A DNA stretch of 59,350 nt from Luteitalea sp. (GTDB lineage Bacteria > Acidobacteriota > Vicinamibacteria > Vicinamibacterales > CAVVIG01), in the NCBI GenBank assembly GCA_009380045.1, contig WHSN01000006.1:1-59350 (forward strand), in the 5' to 3' direction. This document shows positions 9,026-18,574 of the stretch, piece by piece. The notes below the pieces were generated by a model. It saw only the letters and a program-made list of their open reading frames with translations. It made no database searches and was not told where the DNA came from. A program made the position numbers and the translations under genes. Every line of letters begins with the position of its first letter. Position 1 is the first letter of the stretch.

Positions 9026-9053
9026 ATCATATGCCTATACAGGAATGTGTCAA
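9026..9053 (-). promoter_or_regulatory. Sigma70-like promoter, probably leaderless
   Basis: Minus strand: TTGACA N16 TATGAT, then 7 nt to the ATG at 9018. The spacer holds an imperfect palindrome (ATTCCTGTATAGGCAT). Confidence 0.6.
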
Positions 9054-9080
9054 GTCCCGGTCGCTCCCGGCACGTCAGCG

Positions 9081-9119
9081 CGTCGATGAATCGAACCTCG
9101 GCTCCGTCAATGAATCGAA
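9081..9119. repeat. Short direct repeat, 24-bp period
   Basis: CGTCGATGAATCGAA (9081) and CGTCAATGAATCGAA (9105). Confidence 0.7.
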
Positions 9120-9173
9120 TCCACACCTCGAGCGGGAGGAGGAGTCTTGTTCAGGAGCGTGCGGCGCGCACCA

Positions 9174-9746
9174 TCACTGGCTGATCGCCCCATTCGATGC
9201 GACCGTGAGCGCGAACCCCGGTTCATCGCCGTTGCCCGGTGTGGTCGCGTTCTGACTCAAACGGACGTCGTTCACGAATACGTTTCGGGTCACCGCTCCG
9301 GTGGGGTTTTCGTCGCACGCGTTGTGATCGTTGATGCGGAACGAGACCCGGCGGTTGGCGGGCAGATCGGCAAACGAGATCTCGTACCGGTTCGGCGGAA
9401 TCGGTTGGAGAGCAACGGCGGCGAAACCCCGCCAGCTTGGATGGATGTGCGTCGGCCCGACACCGTTGACGCACGCCTCCGCGGAGGAAGGAAGATCCGC
9501 CCGCCTTGCTGTTGCACCCAGGAACACGATACGGGCGGTCGTTACCGGGTCGCCGGGCTGCGGGTCGGGGGTGGGAGAGGAAGGCGCATTCGTGTCGTCG
9601 CAACCCACGGCTGCGACCATGATCGCAGCGGCCAGCCAACGGGCCGGTGCCTGCACGCCACGAGCATACCCGAGAAACCCGCCGCGAGCCGGGCGAGCCT
9701 GAGCCCACCCGCGCCAGGGCGCCCAGGCGCGCTCCCGAAAGGACAA
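9174..9746 (-). CDS. Hypothetical lipoprotein
   Basis: Lipobox-like VAAVGC, Pro-rich linker and a small beta domain with two Cys. The true start is probably downstream of 9746. Confidence 0.7.
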   Translation of the reverse strand: MSFRERAWAPWRGWAQARPARGGFLGYARGVQAPARWLAAAIMVAAVGCDDTNAPSSPTPDPQPGDPVTTARIVFLGATARRADLPSSAEACVNGVGPTHIHPSWRGFAAVALQPIPPNRYEISFADLPANRRVSFRINDHNACDENPTGAVTRNVFVNDVRLSQNATTPGNGDEPGFALTVASNGAISQ

Positions 9747-9829
9747 TGATCAGCTGCTGCGGCCTCCACACGGTGTATGTTCTTGCGGACGGCCATTCAC
9801 AACGGTTCTTTGCTCTGGAGGAAGGCGTG

Positions 9830-11767
9830 ATGACCCCACGGCTTTGGTCAGCGGCCGGGCGGCTGCTGGTGGTGCTTGCGGCGTGCGCGGCGGTGTCCGG
9901 TGCGGCGGCGGACGATCCAGCGAAGGGCGAATGGCGCTATTACGCCGGAGACAATGCCTCGACGAAGTACTCACCGCTCGATCAGATCAACCGCTCGAAC
10001 GTGTCGAAGCTCCGGGTTGCCTGGAGACGGCCGCACATCGATCCCGAGCTCGTTGCGGCGAACCCGGGCCTGCGGCTGTCGAACAATTACCGTTCGACGC
10101 CGATCATGGTGGACGGCGTGCTCTATGCAACCAACGCCGTCGGATCGGCAGAGGCGTTCGATCCAGAAACCGGCCGAACGCTGTGGACACAGAAGACCGC
10201 CGCGGGCGTGGCCGGCAGTCCGGGGCTCGGCGGAGCGCTACGCGCGGTCGCGTATTGGAGCGAGGGCGGAGACGCCCGGATCCTGACCTACCAGAAACAG
10301 TATCTATACGCGCTCGATCCCAAGACCGGGGAGCCCTTCAGCGGGTTCGGTGACAAGGGCAGGGTCGATCTCAGCGTGAATGGCCAATACCTCTGGAACG
10401 CACCACCGCTGGTCGTTCGCGATCTCGTCGTGGTCGGCTCGGCGATGGCGGACCAGGATTCGGCCACCAAAATGGGCGGCCCGGCCGGTGAAGTACGGGC
10501 GTTCGACGTGCGCACCGGACAGCCTCGCTGGACCTTCCGCGTCATACCGCGCGAGGGTGAGCCCGGGATTGAAAGCTGGGGCGACGAATCGTGGCGCTTC
10601 GTCGGCGCCGGCAACGTGTGGGCGCCGATGAGCGCCGACGACGAGCTCGGGTACGTCTACGTGCCGACCACGAGCCCGACCAACGACATGTACGGCGGAC
10701 ACCGGCCGGGCAACAACCTGTTCACCGACAGCGTGGTGTGTCTCGATGCGCGAACCGGCAAGATGGTCTGGCACTTTCAGACGGTCCATCACGACCTGTT
10801 CGACTACGACAACCCGGCGGCCCCGATCCTCGCCGACATCATGGTGGGCGGACGTCCGGTCAAATCGGTCGTCCAGGTCACGAAGCAGTCGTTCGCCTAC
10901 GTGCTCGACCGGGTCACGGGCAAGCCGGTGTGGCCGATCGAAGAACGACCGGTTCCGCAATCGACAGTACCTGGTGAACGGTCATCCCCGACGCAGCCGT
11001 TTCCGACCAAGCCGCCACCCTTCGACCGTCAGGGCGTCACCATCGACGACCTGATCGACTTCACACCCGAGCTGCGGGCCGAAGCGATCGAGATCGTCAA
11101 GCAGTACCGCTACGGCCCGGTTTTCACGCCGCCGTCGGTCGTCGGCGACGGCCCGGACGCGACGAAGGGCACGATTCAGCTGCCGGGATCGGTCGGAGGC
11201 GCTGACTGGACCGGAGCGGCATTCGATCCAAACACGAAGATTCTCTACGTACCGTCGATGACCAACCCGTTCGTCGCCAACCTGCTGCCGGGCAACCCGG
11301 GGCAAACGGATCTCCGCTTCCGAGCGTCCAACCGCGCACTGCTCCTCGGCCCGCGCGGCTTGCCGCTGATGAAGCCGCCGTACGGCCGCATCACGGCCAT
11401 CGACCTGAATCGGGGAGAGCACATGTGGATGGTGCCGAACGGCGACGGCCCGCGCGATCATCCGTTGCTCAAATCGCTCAAGCTGCCGCCGCTCGGGCAC
11501 GCATCGCGTGGCGCGCCGCTGTTAACGCGAACCCTGCTCTTCGCGCCCGACGGGGATCAGGTGAACGTGAGGACCCCAGAGGGCGGCGGCGGCAAGAAGT
11601 TTCGGGTGCTCGACAAGGAAAACGGCGAAACCGTGTGGGAGACCGAGCTCGGCGCGGGTGTCACGGGAGCACCGATGACATACATGCACAAGGGCAAGCA
11701 GTATGTGGTCGTGGCAATCGGCGGACGGGACCATCCCGCCGAGTTCGTGGCGTTGAGCCTGCCGTAG
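9830..11767 (+). CDS. PQQ-dependent dehydrogenase (glucose/quinate/shikimate-like, periplasmic)
   Basis: GGAGG RBS and signal peptide. Motifs: KYSPLDQINRSNV, STPIMVDGVLY, WHFQTVHHDLFDYD, PTQPFPTKP, KPPYGRITAIDL, PMTYMHKGKQYVV. Confidence 0.92.
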   Translation: MTPRLWSAAGRLLVVLAACAAVSGAAADDPAKGEWRYYAGDNASTKYSPLDQINRSNVSKLRVAWRRPHIDPELVAANPGLRLSNNYRSTPIMVDGVLYATNAVGSAEAFDPETGRTLWTQKTAAGVAGSPGLGGALRAVAYWSEGGDARILTYQKQYLYALDPKTGEPFSGFGDKGRVDLSVNGQYLWNAPPLVVRDLVVVGSAMADQDSATKMGGPAGEVRAFDVRTGQPRWTFRVIPREGEPGIESWGDESWRFVGAGNVWAPMSADDELGYVYVPTTSPTNDMYGGHRPGNNLFTDSVVCLDARTGKMVWHFQTVHHDLFDYDNPAAPILADIMVGGRPVKSVVQVTKQSFAYVLDRVTGKPVWPIEERPVPQSTVPGERSSPTQPFPTKPPPFDRQGVTIDDLIDFTPELRAEAIEIVKQYRYGPVFTPPSVVGDGPDATKGTIQLPGSVGGADWTGAAFDPNTKILYVPSMTNPFVANLLPGNPGQTDLRFRASNRALLLGPRGLPLMKPPYGRITAIDLNRGEHMWMVPNGDGPRDHPLLKSLKLPPLGHASRGAPLLTRTLLFAPDGDQVNVRTPEGGGGKKFRVLDKENGETVWETELGAGVTGAPMTYMHKGKQYVVVAIGGRDHPAEFVALSLP

Positions 11768-11940
11768 CCGGCGATCTCACGTGGACGCGACCAGCCCGCG
11801 TCAACCCGTCGTGGGCACCATGGCACGACGTGTCGGGGCGGGAAGTATGATGTATTGCCCGGACGGCCCGGCGCAGCCGCCGGAGAACCCTCGAACAGCA
11901 TGGTGCGCGCCGCGACCAGGACTGCGCGAGGCACATTCAG

Positions 11941-12741
11941 ATGAACATCATGAAGCAGACTGCTCTATTCGCCGTTTCGTTCGCGTTGCTCGCATCGGCC
12001 TTGCACGCCGCAGAACCGGCGATCAAGACGGTCGGCTATGACAATGTTCACATCCGGGTATCGGATCCTGAGAAAGCCGCCGAGTGGTACGTGAAGACTC
12101 TCGGTGCGACCCCTTCCCCGCCTCCTGCGCCGGGAACCGGACAGGTGCTCTTCGGGAACGTCGTGGTCACTATCGTGAGGACGCCGCAGGTGCAGCCGAG
12201 CGCCGGCAGCGTCATCGATCACATCGGGCTCTCGTATCCCGACATCGAAGCGAAGATCAAAGACTTCGAGGCGAACGGCGCGAAGGTGCTGTCACCGCCC
12301 AGAGACAGTCCCGGAATCTTCAAGTACGCGTACATCGAAGACCCGTGGGGAGTGAAGATCGAGATCGTCGACGACTCGGAACGTCGCGGCTTTCACCACG
12401 TGCATCTACGGGTGCGGGATCCGCAGGCGACCTTGGCGTGGTACGAGGAGAACTTCGGAGGCGAGCGCGCCAAGCTCAGGGACCGCGTGGACGGGCTGCG
12501 CTACTCCGGCGTCTGGCTGCTGGCGGCCAGCAGCGGCGCCGACACGCCGGCGCCGAGCTCCGACCGCGCCATCCAGAACATCGCGCTGCGCGTTGACGAC
12601 GTGGACGCGGCGATGAGCGCGCTGAAGGCCAGGGGGGTGAAGAGCGTCGTCGAGCCGCGCAGCCTCGGCACGCTCCGATACGGCTTCGTTGAGGATCCGA
12701 ACGGGGTGAGGGTCGAGCTCATCAGCCGGGCGCCCAACTGA
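11941..12741 (+). CDS. Exported tandem VOC/glyoxalase-family protein
   Basis: Signal peptide and two VOC modules (DHIGL...IEDPWGVKIEI; HHVHL...VEDPNGVRVEL). Confidence 0.85.
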   Translation: MNIMKQTALFAVSFALLASALHAAEPAIKTVGYDNVHIRVSDPEKAAEWYVKTLGATPSPPPAPGTGQVLFGNVVVTIVRTPQVQPSAGSVIDHIGLSYPDIEAKIKDFEANGAKVLSPPRDSPGIFKYAYIEDPWGVKIEIVDDSERRGFHHVHLRVRDPQATLAWYEENFGGERAKLRDRVDGLRYSGVWLLAASSGADTPAPSSDRAIQNIALRVDDVDAAMSALKARGVKSVVEPRSLGTLRYGFVEDPNGVRVELISRAPN

Positions 12742-12817
12742 TTCTTCGCCCGAACCGCATGTCGGTCGAGATCACCAGGCGACCGGCGCGAGCTCTCGAC
12801 GCCAGCTACGACCCGCT

Positions 12818-12857
12818 ACAGTAGACGCGCGCGACGGAACAGTAGACGCGCGCGACG
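12818..12857. repeat. Tandem duplication, 21-bp period
   Basis: ACAGTAGACGCGCGCGACG at 12818 and 12839. Confidence 0.85.
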
Positions 12858-12973
12858 AGTTCCTCCGACGAGGCTGCTCGCGCCGGCTCGCTCGACCCGC
12901 ATCGATGCGGCGCCCACGGCTTCGCGCGATGCGATCCATCGACCGCAGCCCTGTCCACCGTGAGACCGCTCAA

Positions 12974-14233
12974 TCACTTCGAGCTTCGCAACTGCTCGGC
13001 CGTCAGCGCGTTCGGCGGCGTGGAGGTTGACAGCCCTTTGAAGGCGAACCGTTGCATCCGCGCGCCAGGCGACACTTCCCCGGTGTAGATATTCCCCTTC
13101 GAGTCGACCGCGAGGTGATGGAGGCCCTGGAAGTCGCCAGGTTTCTCGCTCCGCTGGCCGAGTTGATACAGCACGGTGAGTGTCTTGCGATCCACGACCG
13201 CGATGCGGGAATTGCCATAGTCGGCGACATACATGAACCGCTGCTCCGGATCGGGCGAGAAGGCCACGCCGGCCGCCGATCCGTTCGAAGGACCGCCGCG
13301 ATTGAGGAACATCTGGGTCACGTACTTGCCTTCCGTGGTGAAGACCTGCACACGTCGATTCCCGCGATCCGCCACGTACACGAGCCCGTCGTTCGAGACC
13401 TTGATCCCGTGGACCGGACTGGCAAACACGGGCGAGCCGGGACCTTCGGTATCGAGCGGCGCCTGGGCCTGGCCACGGCCACGCCCACGACCGCCTCCCG
13501 CCGGCTGCCCGGGCGGGGCCGGCACCGGAAGGACGTCGACTGGCACGTTCCCGAAGGCACCCCAGGACCGCTTGAAGACGCCGGTGTCGGCATCGAAAAT
13601 GACCACCCGGCGGTTGCCATAGCCGTCCGCCACGAAGGCCTCGTTCGTCTTCGCAAACACGAACACGTCCGCTGCTTGATGAACGCTGTTCGGATCCTTG
13701 TTCCCGCCGACGACCGGTGGCTTCTGGGACGTCGGGCTCTTGTCCCGTCCGCCGATCTGCAGGAGGAACTTCCCGTCGTGGGTGAACTTGAGCAGCATGT
13801 CGTCGTTGCGTTCGAACAGCGACGGCGCCACCGGCGCGCTGCCGCCAATCCAGACGTTGTTCCGGTAGTCGACCGAAATCCCGTGCTCGCTGTCCGGCCA
13901 GTCGAAGCCGGCGATGCCAGGCCCGCCCCAGGCGCTGACGAACTTTCCGTTCTCGTCGAGCTCGAGCACCGGAGGCGCCGAGCGCGCCCGAGTCTCAGGG
14001 GGCAGGGTGTTGGGACGGGACAAGACGAACACGTGATCGCGCGAGTCCACCGCCACTGACGGCACGTGGCCCACCAGCCAGTTGTACGGCAGCGGCGGCG
14101 GCCACGTGGTATCGACCTGGAACACGGGCATGCCCATCGTCGCGGCGGACTGAGCCGCGGGGGTTTGGCCGGCGCTGCCCCCGCCGATGAGGACGGCCAC
14201 GACCGCGGTCGCGCCGATGATGTGCCGAAGCAT
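12974..14233 (-). CDS. Exported NHL-repeat beta-propeller (peptidylamidoglycolate lyase-like)
   Basis: Signal peptide. Motifs: FVADGYGNRRVV, HGIKVSNDGLVYVADRGNRRVQVF, HHLAVDSKGNIYTGE. Confidence 0.85.
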   Translation of the reverse strand: MLRHIIGATAVVAVLIGGGSAGQTPAAQSAATMGMPVFQVDTTWPPPLPYNWLVGHVPSVAVDSRDHVFVLSRPNTLPPETRARSAPPVLELDENGKFVSAWGGPGIAGFDWPDSEHGISVDYRNNVWIGGSAPVAPSLFERNDDMLLKFTHDGKFLLQIGGRDKSPTSQKPPVVGGNKDPNSVHQAADVFVFAKTNEAFVADGYGNRRVVIFDADTGVFKRSWGAFGNVPVDVLPVPAPPGQPAGGGRGRGRGQAQAPLDTEGPGSPVFASPVHGIKVSNDGLVYVADRGNRRVQVFTTEGKYVTQMFLNRGGPSNGSAAGVAFSPDPEQRFMYVADYGNSRIAVVDRKTLTVLYQLGQRSEKPGDFQGLHHLAVDSKGNIYTGEVSPGARMQRFAFKGLSTSTPPNALTAEQLRSSK

Positions 14234-14273
14234 CACAACTGCTCCAGGGCCACAGACCCGAAGTCCTGGCCGG

Positions 14274-15227
14274 TTACTTGGTCCAATTGGCATCCCATCG
14301 GATGTTCAGCCAGGCCGCCACATCGTTGACCGCGCTGAAGCCATGTGACAGGTTGGCGGGGACAAAGAACACGTCACCGACCTTTGCCGGTGCGCTGACG
14401 CCCGTGTTCGCGACCGGCTTTCCGCCCTCGGTCTTGAAACCGGTGCTCACCGTGCCGCCCCCTTCGAGCACCACCCAGGTGTCAATCGTGATCGGGTGCA
14501 CCTCGCTCGAGGGCGCCTTGACCCGGCGGATGTTCACGTTGAAGTGCCCACCTTCGATCATCCGCACCGTTGAGATGTTCTTCGCTTCCATGTCCTGCCG
14601 ATACGCGTCCAGCTTCTCCTTCGGAATGTAGACCGCGCGATCGGTGGGCGCATACTCGATCGGCTGCATCCCGCCGCGTCCCGAGCGCCCGGCCGCGGGG
14701 GGAGCCGCCCCACGGCCGCGGCCGGCCCCGAGCTGTGCGTCGGCCGGCCAGTCGCTGTCCCAGCGGACGTTCAACCAGGTGATGTTTCCGTTGACGCCGC
14801 TGACCCCATGTGGGACGCCGTTGGGGATGAAGGCGACGTCGCCGACCTTCAGCGGGTTCGACTCGCCCCCGACGATCTTGCCGTTGTTGAGCTTGCCGCC
14901 CGTCGTCAACGTTCCGCCGCCATCCAGCACCACCCACAGATCGATCGTATTCGGATGGACCAGCGCCGTCTCCGCGTTCGTGATCCGGCGGATGTTGACG
15001 TTGAACTTTCCACCTTCAATCATTCGAAGCGTTTGGAGCCGCTTGGCATCCATGTCCTTCAGGTACTGCGCAAGCTTCTCCTTCGGGATCGGGATCGCAC
15101 GATCCGTCGGCGCCTGTTCGAGGATGGTCGTGCCCCTGCCCCTGCCTGCCTGCCCTCCTGCCCGAGCGACCGTGACGACGGCGCTGGCCAGGAGCAGGAC
15201 TAAGCAGGCACTCGCTGCTCTTCGCAT
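14274..15227 (-). CDS. Exported tandem-cupin protein
   Basis: Signal peptide and two similar halves (PTDRA..IPKEKL; MIEGG.FNVNIRR; H...D.WVVL.GGG; GDV.F.P....H). Confidence 0.85.
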   Translation of the reverse strand: MRRAASACLVLLLASAVVTVARAGGQAGRGRGTTILEQAPTDRAIPIPKEKLAQYLKDMDAKRLQTLRMIEGGKFNVNIRRITNAETALVHPNTIDLWVVLDGGGTLTTGGKLNNGKIVGGESNPLKVGDVAFIPNGVPHGVSGVNGNITWLNVRWDSDWPADAQLGAGRGRGAAPPAAGRSGRGGMQPIEYAPTDRAVYIPKEKLDAYRQDMEAKNISTVRMIEGGHFNVNIRRVKAPSSEVHPITIDTWVVLEGGGTVSTGFKTEGGKPVANTGVSAPAKVGDVFFVPANLSHGFSAVNDVAAWLNIRWDANWTK

Positions 15228-15250
15228 TGTGACTCCTTGTCCGATCGCAC

Positions 15251-15278
15251 GGCTGGCACGAAGTTCCTCGTGCCAGCC
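15251..15278. terminator. 11-bp hairpin between the TonB receptor and cupin genes
   Basis: GGCTGGCACGA-AGTTCC-TCGTGCCAGCC. Confidence 0.45.
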
Positions 15279-15398
15279 ATGCCGCGTGCTTAGTACTCTA
15301 ACCCTTGCTGATTCAGAAACAGCGGGTCACAACGATCACCGCCGCCCGCCCGGCTCCAGAGAGAGAACGACCAGAAGAAAGCCTCTCTGTGCCCGGCA

Positions 15399-18300
15399 CT
15401 AGAAATCGAATTGCACGCTGAACTTCGCCAGGCGGCCATCCATGATCTGGGTTGGCGACCTCCAACGCAGGCCTCCGTCGGCCAGATTGTAGGTGCTGAA
15501 GAGATTGATCACGGCGCTCGAGTTCATGGCGTTGTACAGGTCGGCGTTCAGCTGAATCCGGCGCCCGCCGGGCAGACGGAAGATCTTGCTGCCCCGCACG
15601 TCAAATTGCGTGATTCGTTCCCCGAACTGTGAGTACGGATCCGCGACCTCGATCGTGACACTACGCGTTCCGCCCGAGAGCGGCCGGCCGAGCGACGGCG
15701 CGATCTGTGCGGTCGTGTAGCTGATGTTCGTGGTGTAGTGCGGTCCGGGGTTGTTCTGGTAGACCACCGCCAGTTGAATCTCCTGCCACGGGATGAGATA
15801 CGACGCGTTGGTCTTGAAGCGGCTCTGATAGGGGTTGTTCACTTTGCAGTGGAACAGCTCCTGCGGTGAGTCAACCACGTAGCAGGACTCTGAGCCGGAT
15901 GACACCGCTCCGCCGGCCGTCGTGCCGAGTTGGACGGAGTTGCCGACGTTCCAGCCGCCGCTGGCCGAGAAGCGGCCGCGCCGAGCCTGAAACAGGACAT
16001 CCACGCCGTTGTAGACGTTCTTCTGATCTCCATACTGGTCCGCAAGGGTGACCAACTGGTCGACCTGGCCGAACTTGTTCGGGTTGATGTCGTAGAGTCC
16101 GGTGATCTGCTGGCCCCTGATGTTGGCGGGAAGCCGCGGATCGTCGGGCACCGTGACGCTGTACGGGCTGTAGTCAGCGGGGGTCACCGCGAGGTTGTCA
16201 ACGGCGATGAAGTTGCCGTACCACGTCCGATAGTAGCCGGCAGTGACCGACATGCCCTGCATGAGCTCGCGATCGACGGACATCGACGCTTGCCAGCTGT
16301 AGCCGCGTTTTCCCCACCCGTTGATCCAGTCTGGATCGGGGTTCACCGTCGAGCGATCCTGACCGAACGAGGCGTTGGCGAGTGCGCCGCACTCCCCGTT
16401 GGCCGCCGCGCTCCGCAGATTGCAGTCCGGGAGGAAGTTGGTGTTGGCGTCGGCCCATGAGCGGGTCGTGCTGCTGACGGTGGCGTTGACCGGGGCGAAC
16501 GCGGTGGCGGCCCCGGTCGTGGCCCCGGCGACGTAGCGGTTGAGGCCGGCTTTGATCGCGGTTCTGCCGTCCCCTGTCGGATTCCAGACCGCGCCCATCC
16601 GTGGATTCAGGTCCTTCCAGTTCGGCACGTTTTCCAACGCGTCGTAGCAACGGGCGGCCACCAGCAGGCCACCGGGCTCGCACGTTTCCGGCACCGATTC
16701 GCGGACCCAATCGAGCCGCAGGCCAAGGCTGACGGTGAGCCGCTCGGTCGCCCGCCACTGATCCTGCACGAAGATCCCGAGGTCGGGTTTCAGCTGGGCG
16801 ATGGTCAACTGAGGTGAGGCATACTGCGTGAGCCCCGTCGGGACGCCGCGGAGAAAGCTGTAAGCGACCGGCAGGTTGGCCACCTGCGACGGCGAGCGGT
16901 CAGAGAACACGCGGTGCCCGCCCCCGAGGCCGTACATCCACGACGTGCCCAACTTGAAATTGTGGGCGCCGCTCAGCAGCGACGCCGAGAACCGGCCGTT
17001 GGACTGGTGCGACAGGCTCAGGGTCCTGTTCCCGCCACCGTTGTAGGTGTAGCCGAACCCGGTGTCGTTGATCGACACGTTGCTGTCGATCTGCTCGCCG
17101 CACTGCGAATAGGTGCTCAAGTCGAGCTTGGTGCCCCAGTCGCCGAAGTTGAAGCGGCTGACGGTCACCCCTCCTTCGAAGAGCAGACGGTTCGACTGCG
17201 GGCGGACCCAGGTGCCCTGGTAGACGGAGTGCTGCTGGCAGTACGGCCCGTTGCCTTCGACCTTGGTGGTGCCCAGGTTGAGCGCGCCGCTCAGCGAGTC
17301 CTGGAAATTCTTCTGCCTGTCATAGGAGAACGTGAACTTGTCCTTCGACGTGGCTTGCGCCGTCAGCCTGAAGCCACCGCCCTTGTCGATCTCCCGCTGG
17401 TCCACCGGTTGGCTCAGGTCTGGCGCATACTGCCACACGGCGGCGGGCGCCCCGATGACGCGGGCATCGATGTTCGCGTCGCGATAGAGATCCGCCGGCC
17501 GGCCGTCGACACCCCAGGCCCTCGTGTGACCGAAAAACCAGACGCGGTCCCGTACGATGGGACCGCCCAGCGTGAAGTTGGCATCGTAGATCTTCCGCAG
17601 CGTGTTGACCTGGCTGAGACCCGCGCTCTGCAACTCGTCGCTCAGGTTGTCGGACTGCAACTGGTGGCCGGTCCATGCCCCGAAGATCGCGCCGCTGAAG
17701 ACGTTCCCGCCGTCCTTGTAGATGGAGTTGCTCTGCGCGCCTCCCACTCCGTACTCCGCCGAGCCCATCGTCCCGGCGTCGATGACGATCTCGCTGGCCG
17801 CCAACGGGTTGACGTAGTAGCCACGGCCGGTCCCTTCGAGGCCGGTCGTGCCGTAGTCCCCTCCCGGCGTCAGGGCGTTGTAGATCATCCCCTCCTGCCG
17901 CAGGCGCGCGTCGGAGGTCTTCGATCCATGGATCGAGATGCGGACGGATCGTTCGCCCATGCTGCCGCCCACGTCCTGCGCGTTCGGCGGCTGGACCACC
18001 GACGGCATCAACGAGGCGATTCCGAGAGCGCTCTGGGAGGTTGGCACCGCCGTCAGCAGCTCGCGCGTGATCGTTTTCTGCTGCGTCAGGGTCGACGTGT
18101 CGATGAGCGGCGTTTCCCCGGACACCGTGATGGTTTCCTGGAGACTTCCCACCATGAGCACGACGTTGATGGTGGCCGTGAAGCTCGGGCTGAGCTCGAT
18201 GCCATCGCGGACGAGGACCGAAAAGCCTTGAAGGGTGTAGGTCACCCGATAGGTGCCCGGCCGCAACTCTGCGATCCGGTAGGCGCCATCAGTGTCCGTG

Positions 18301-18491
18301 ATGGTCGATCGGACTTTCTCGATCAAGACCGGGCTGGATATCTCGATCGTCACACCTGGGAGTACGCCGCCCGACTCGTCCCGCACCACGCCGGTGATGC
18401 TGGCGGCGCTCGTGCCCTGGGCCATTGACATCAATGGCGTGAAAAATACGGCTAGCGACAAGACGGCGCCGATTCTCGCAAGTAGCTTCAT
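15399..18491 (-). CDS. TonB-dependent receptor with carboxypeptidase-regulatory-like N-domain (Oar-like)
   Basis: ITGVVRDESGGVLPGVT, QETITVSGETPLID, IFVQDQW and WKDLNPRMG motifs; C-terminal QFDF. Confidence 0.92.
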   Translation of the reverse strand: MKLLARIGAVLSLAVFFTPLMSMAQGTSAASITGVVRDESGGVLPGVTIEISSPVLIEKVRSTITDTDGAYRIAELRPGTYRVTYTLQGFSVLVRDGIELSPSFTATINVVLMVGSLQETITVSGETPLIDTSTLTQQKTITRELLTAVPTSQSALGIASLMPSVVQPPNAQDVGGSMGERSVRISIHGSKTSDARLRQEGMIYNALTPGGDYGTTGLEGTGRGYYVNPLAASEIVIDAGTMGSAEYGVGGAQSNSIYKDGGNVFSGAIFGAWTGHQLQSDNLSDELQSAGLSQVNTLRKIYDANFTLGGPIVRDRVWFFGHTRAWGVDGRPADLYRDANIDARVIGAPAAVWQYAPDLSQPVDQREIDKGGGFRLTAQATSKDKFTFSYDRQKNFQDSLSGALNLGTTKVEGNGPYCQQHSVYQGTWVRPQSNRLLFEGGVTVSRFNFGDWGTKLDLSTYSQCGEQIDSNVSINDTGFGYTYNGGGNRTLSLSHQSNGRFSASLLSGAHNFKLGTSWMYGLGGGHRVFSDRSPSQVANLPVAYSFLRGVPTGLTQYASPQLTIAQLKPDLGIFVQDQWRATERLTVSLGLRLDWVRESVPETCEPGGLLVAARCYDALENVPNWKDLNPRMGAVWNPTGDGRTAIKAGLNRYVAGATTGAATAFAPVNATVSSTTRSWADANTNFLPDCNLRSAAANGECGALANASFGQDRSTVNPDPDWINGWGKRGYSWQASMSVDRELMQGMSVTAGYYRTWYGNFIAVDNLAVTPADYSPYSVTVPDDPRLPANIRGQQITGLYDINPNKFGQVDQLVTLADQYGDQKNVYNGVDVLFQARRGRFSASGGWNVGNSVQLGTTAGGAVSSGSESCYVVDSPQELFHCKVNNPYQSRFKTNASYLIPWQEIQLAVVYQNNPGPHYTTNISYTTAQIAPSLGRPLSGGTRSVTIEVADPYSQFGERITQFDVRGSKIFRLPGGRRIQLNADLYNAMNSSAVINLFSTYNLADGGLRWRSPTQIMDGRLAKFSVQFDF

Positions 18492-18574
18492 ATGGGCCTC
18501 CCCGTGGAGCTCAGCCAGCAGGAATTGGATCCGCCGGCACGTGTTTCCTGACACGAACTAAAAAACTTCAGGGC

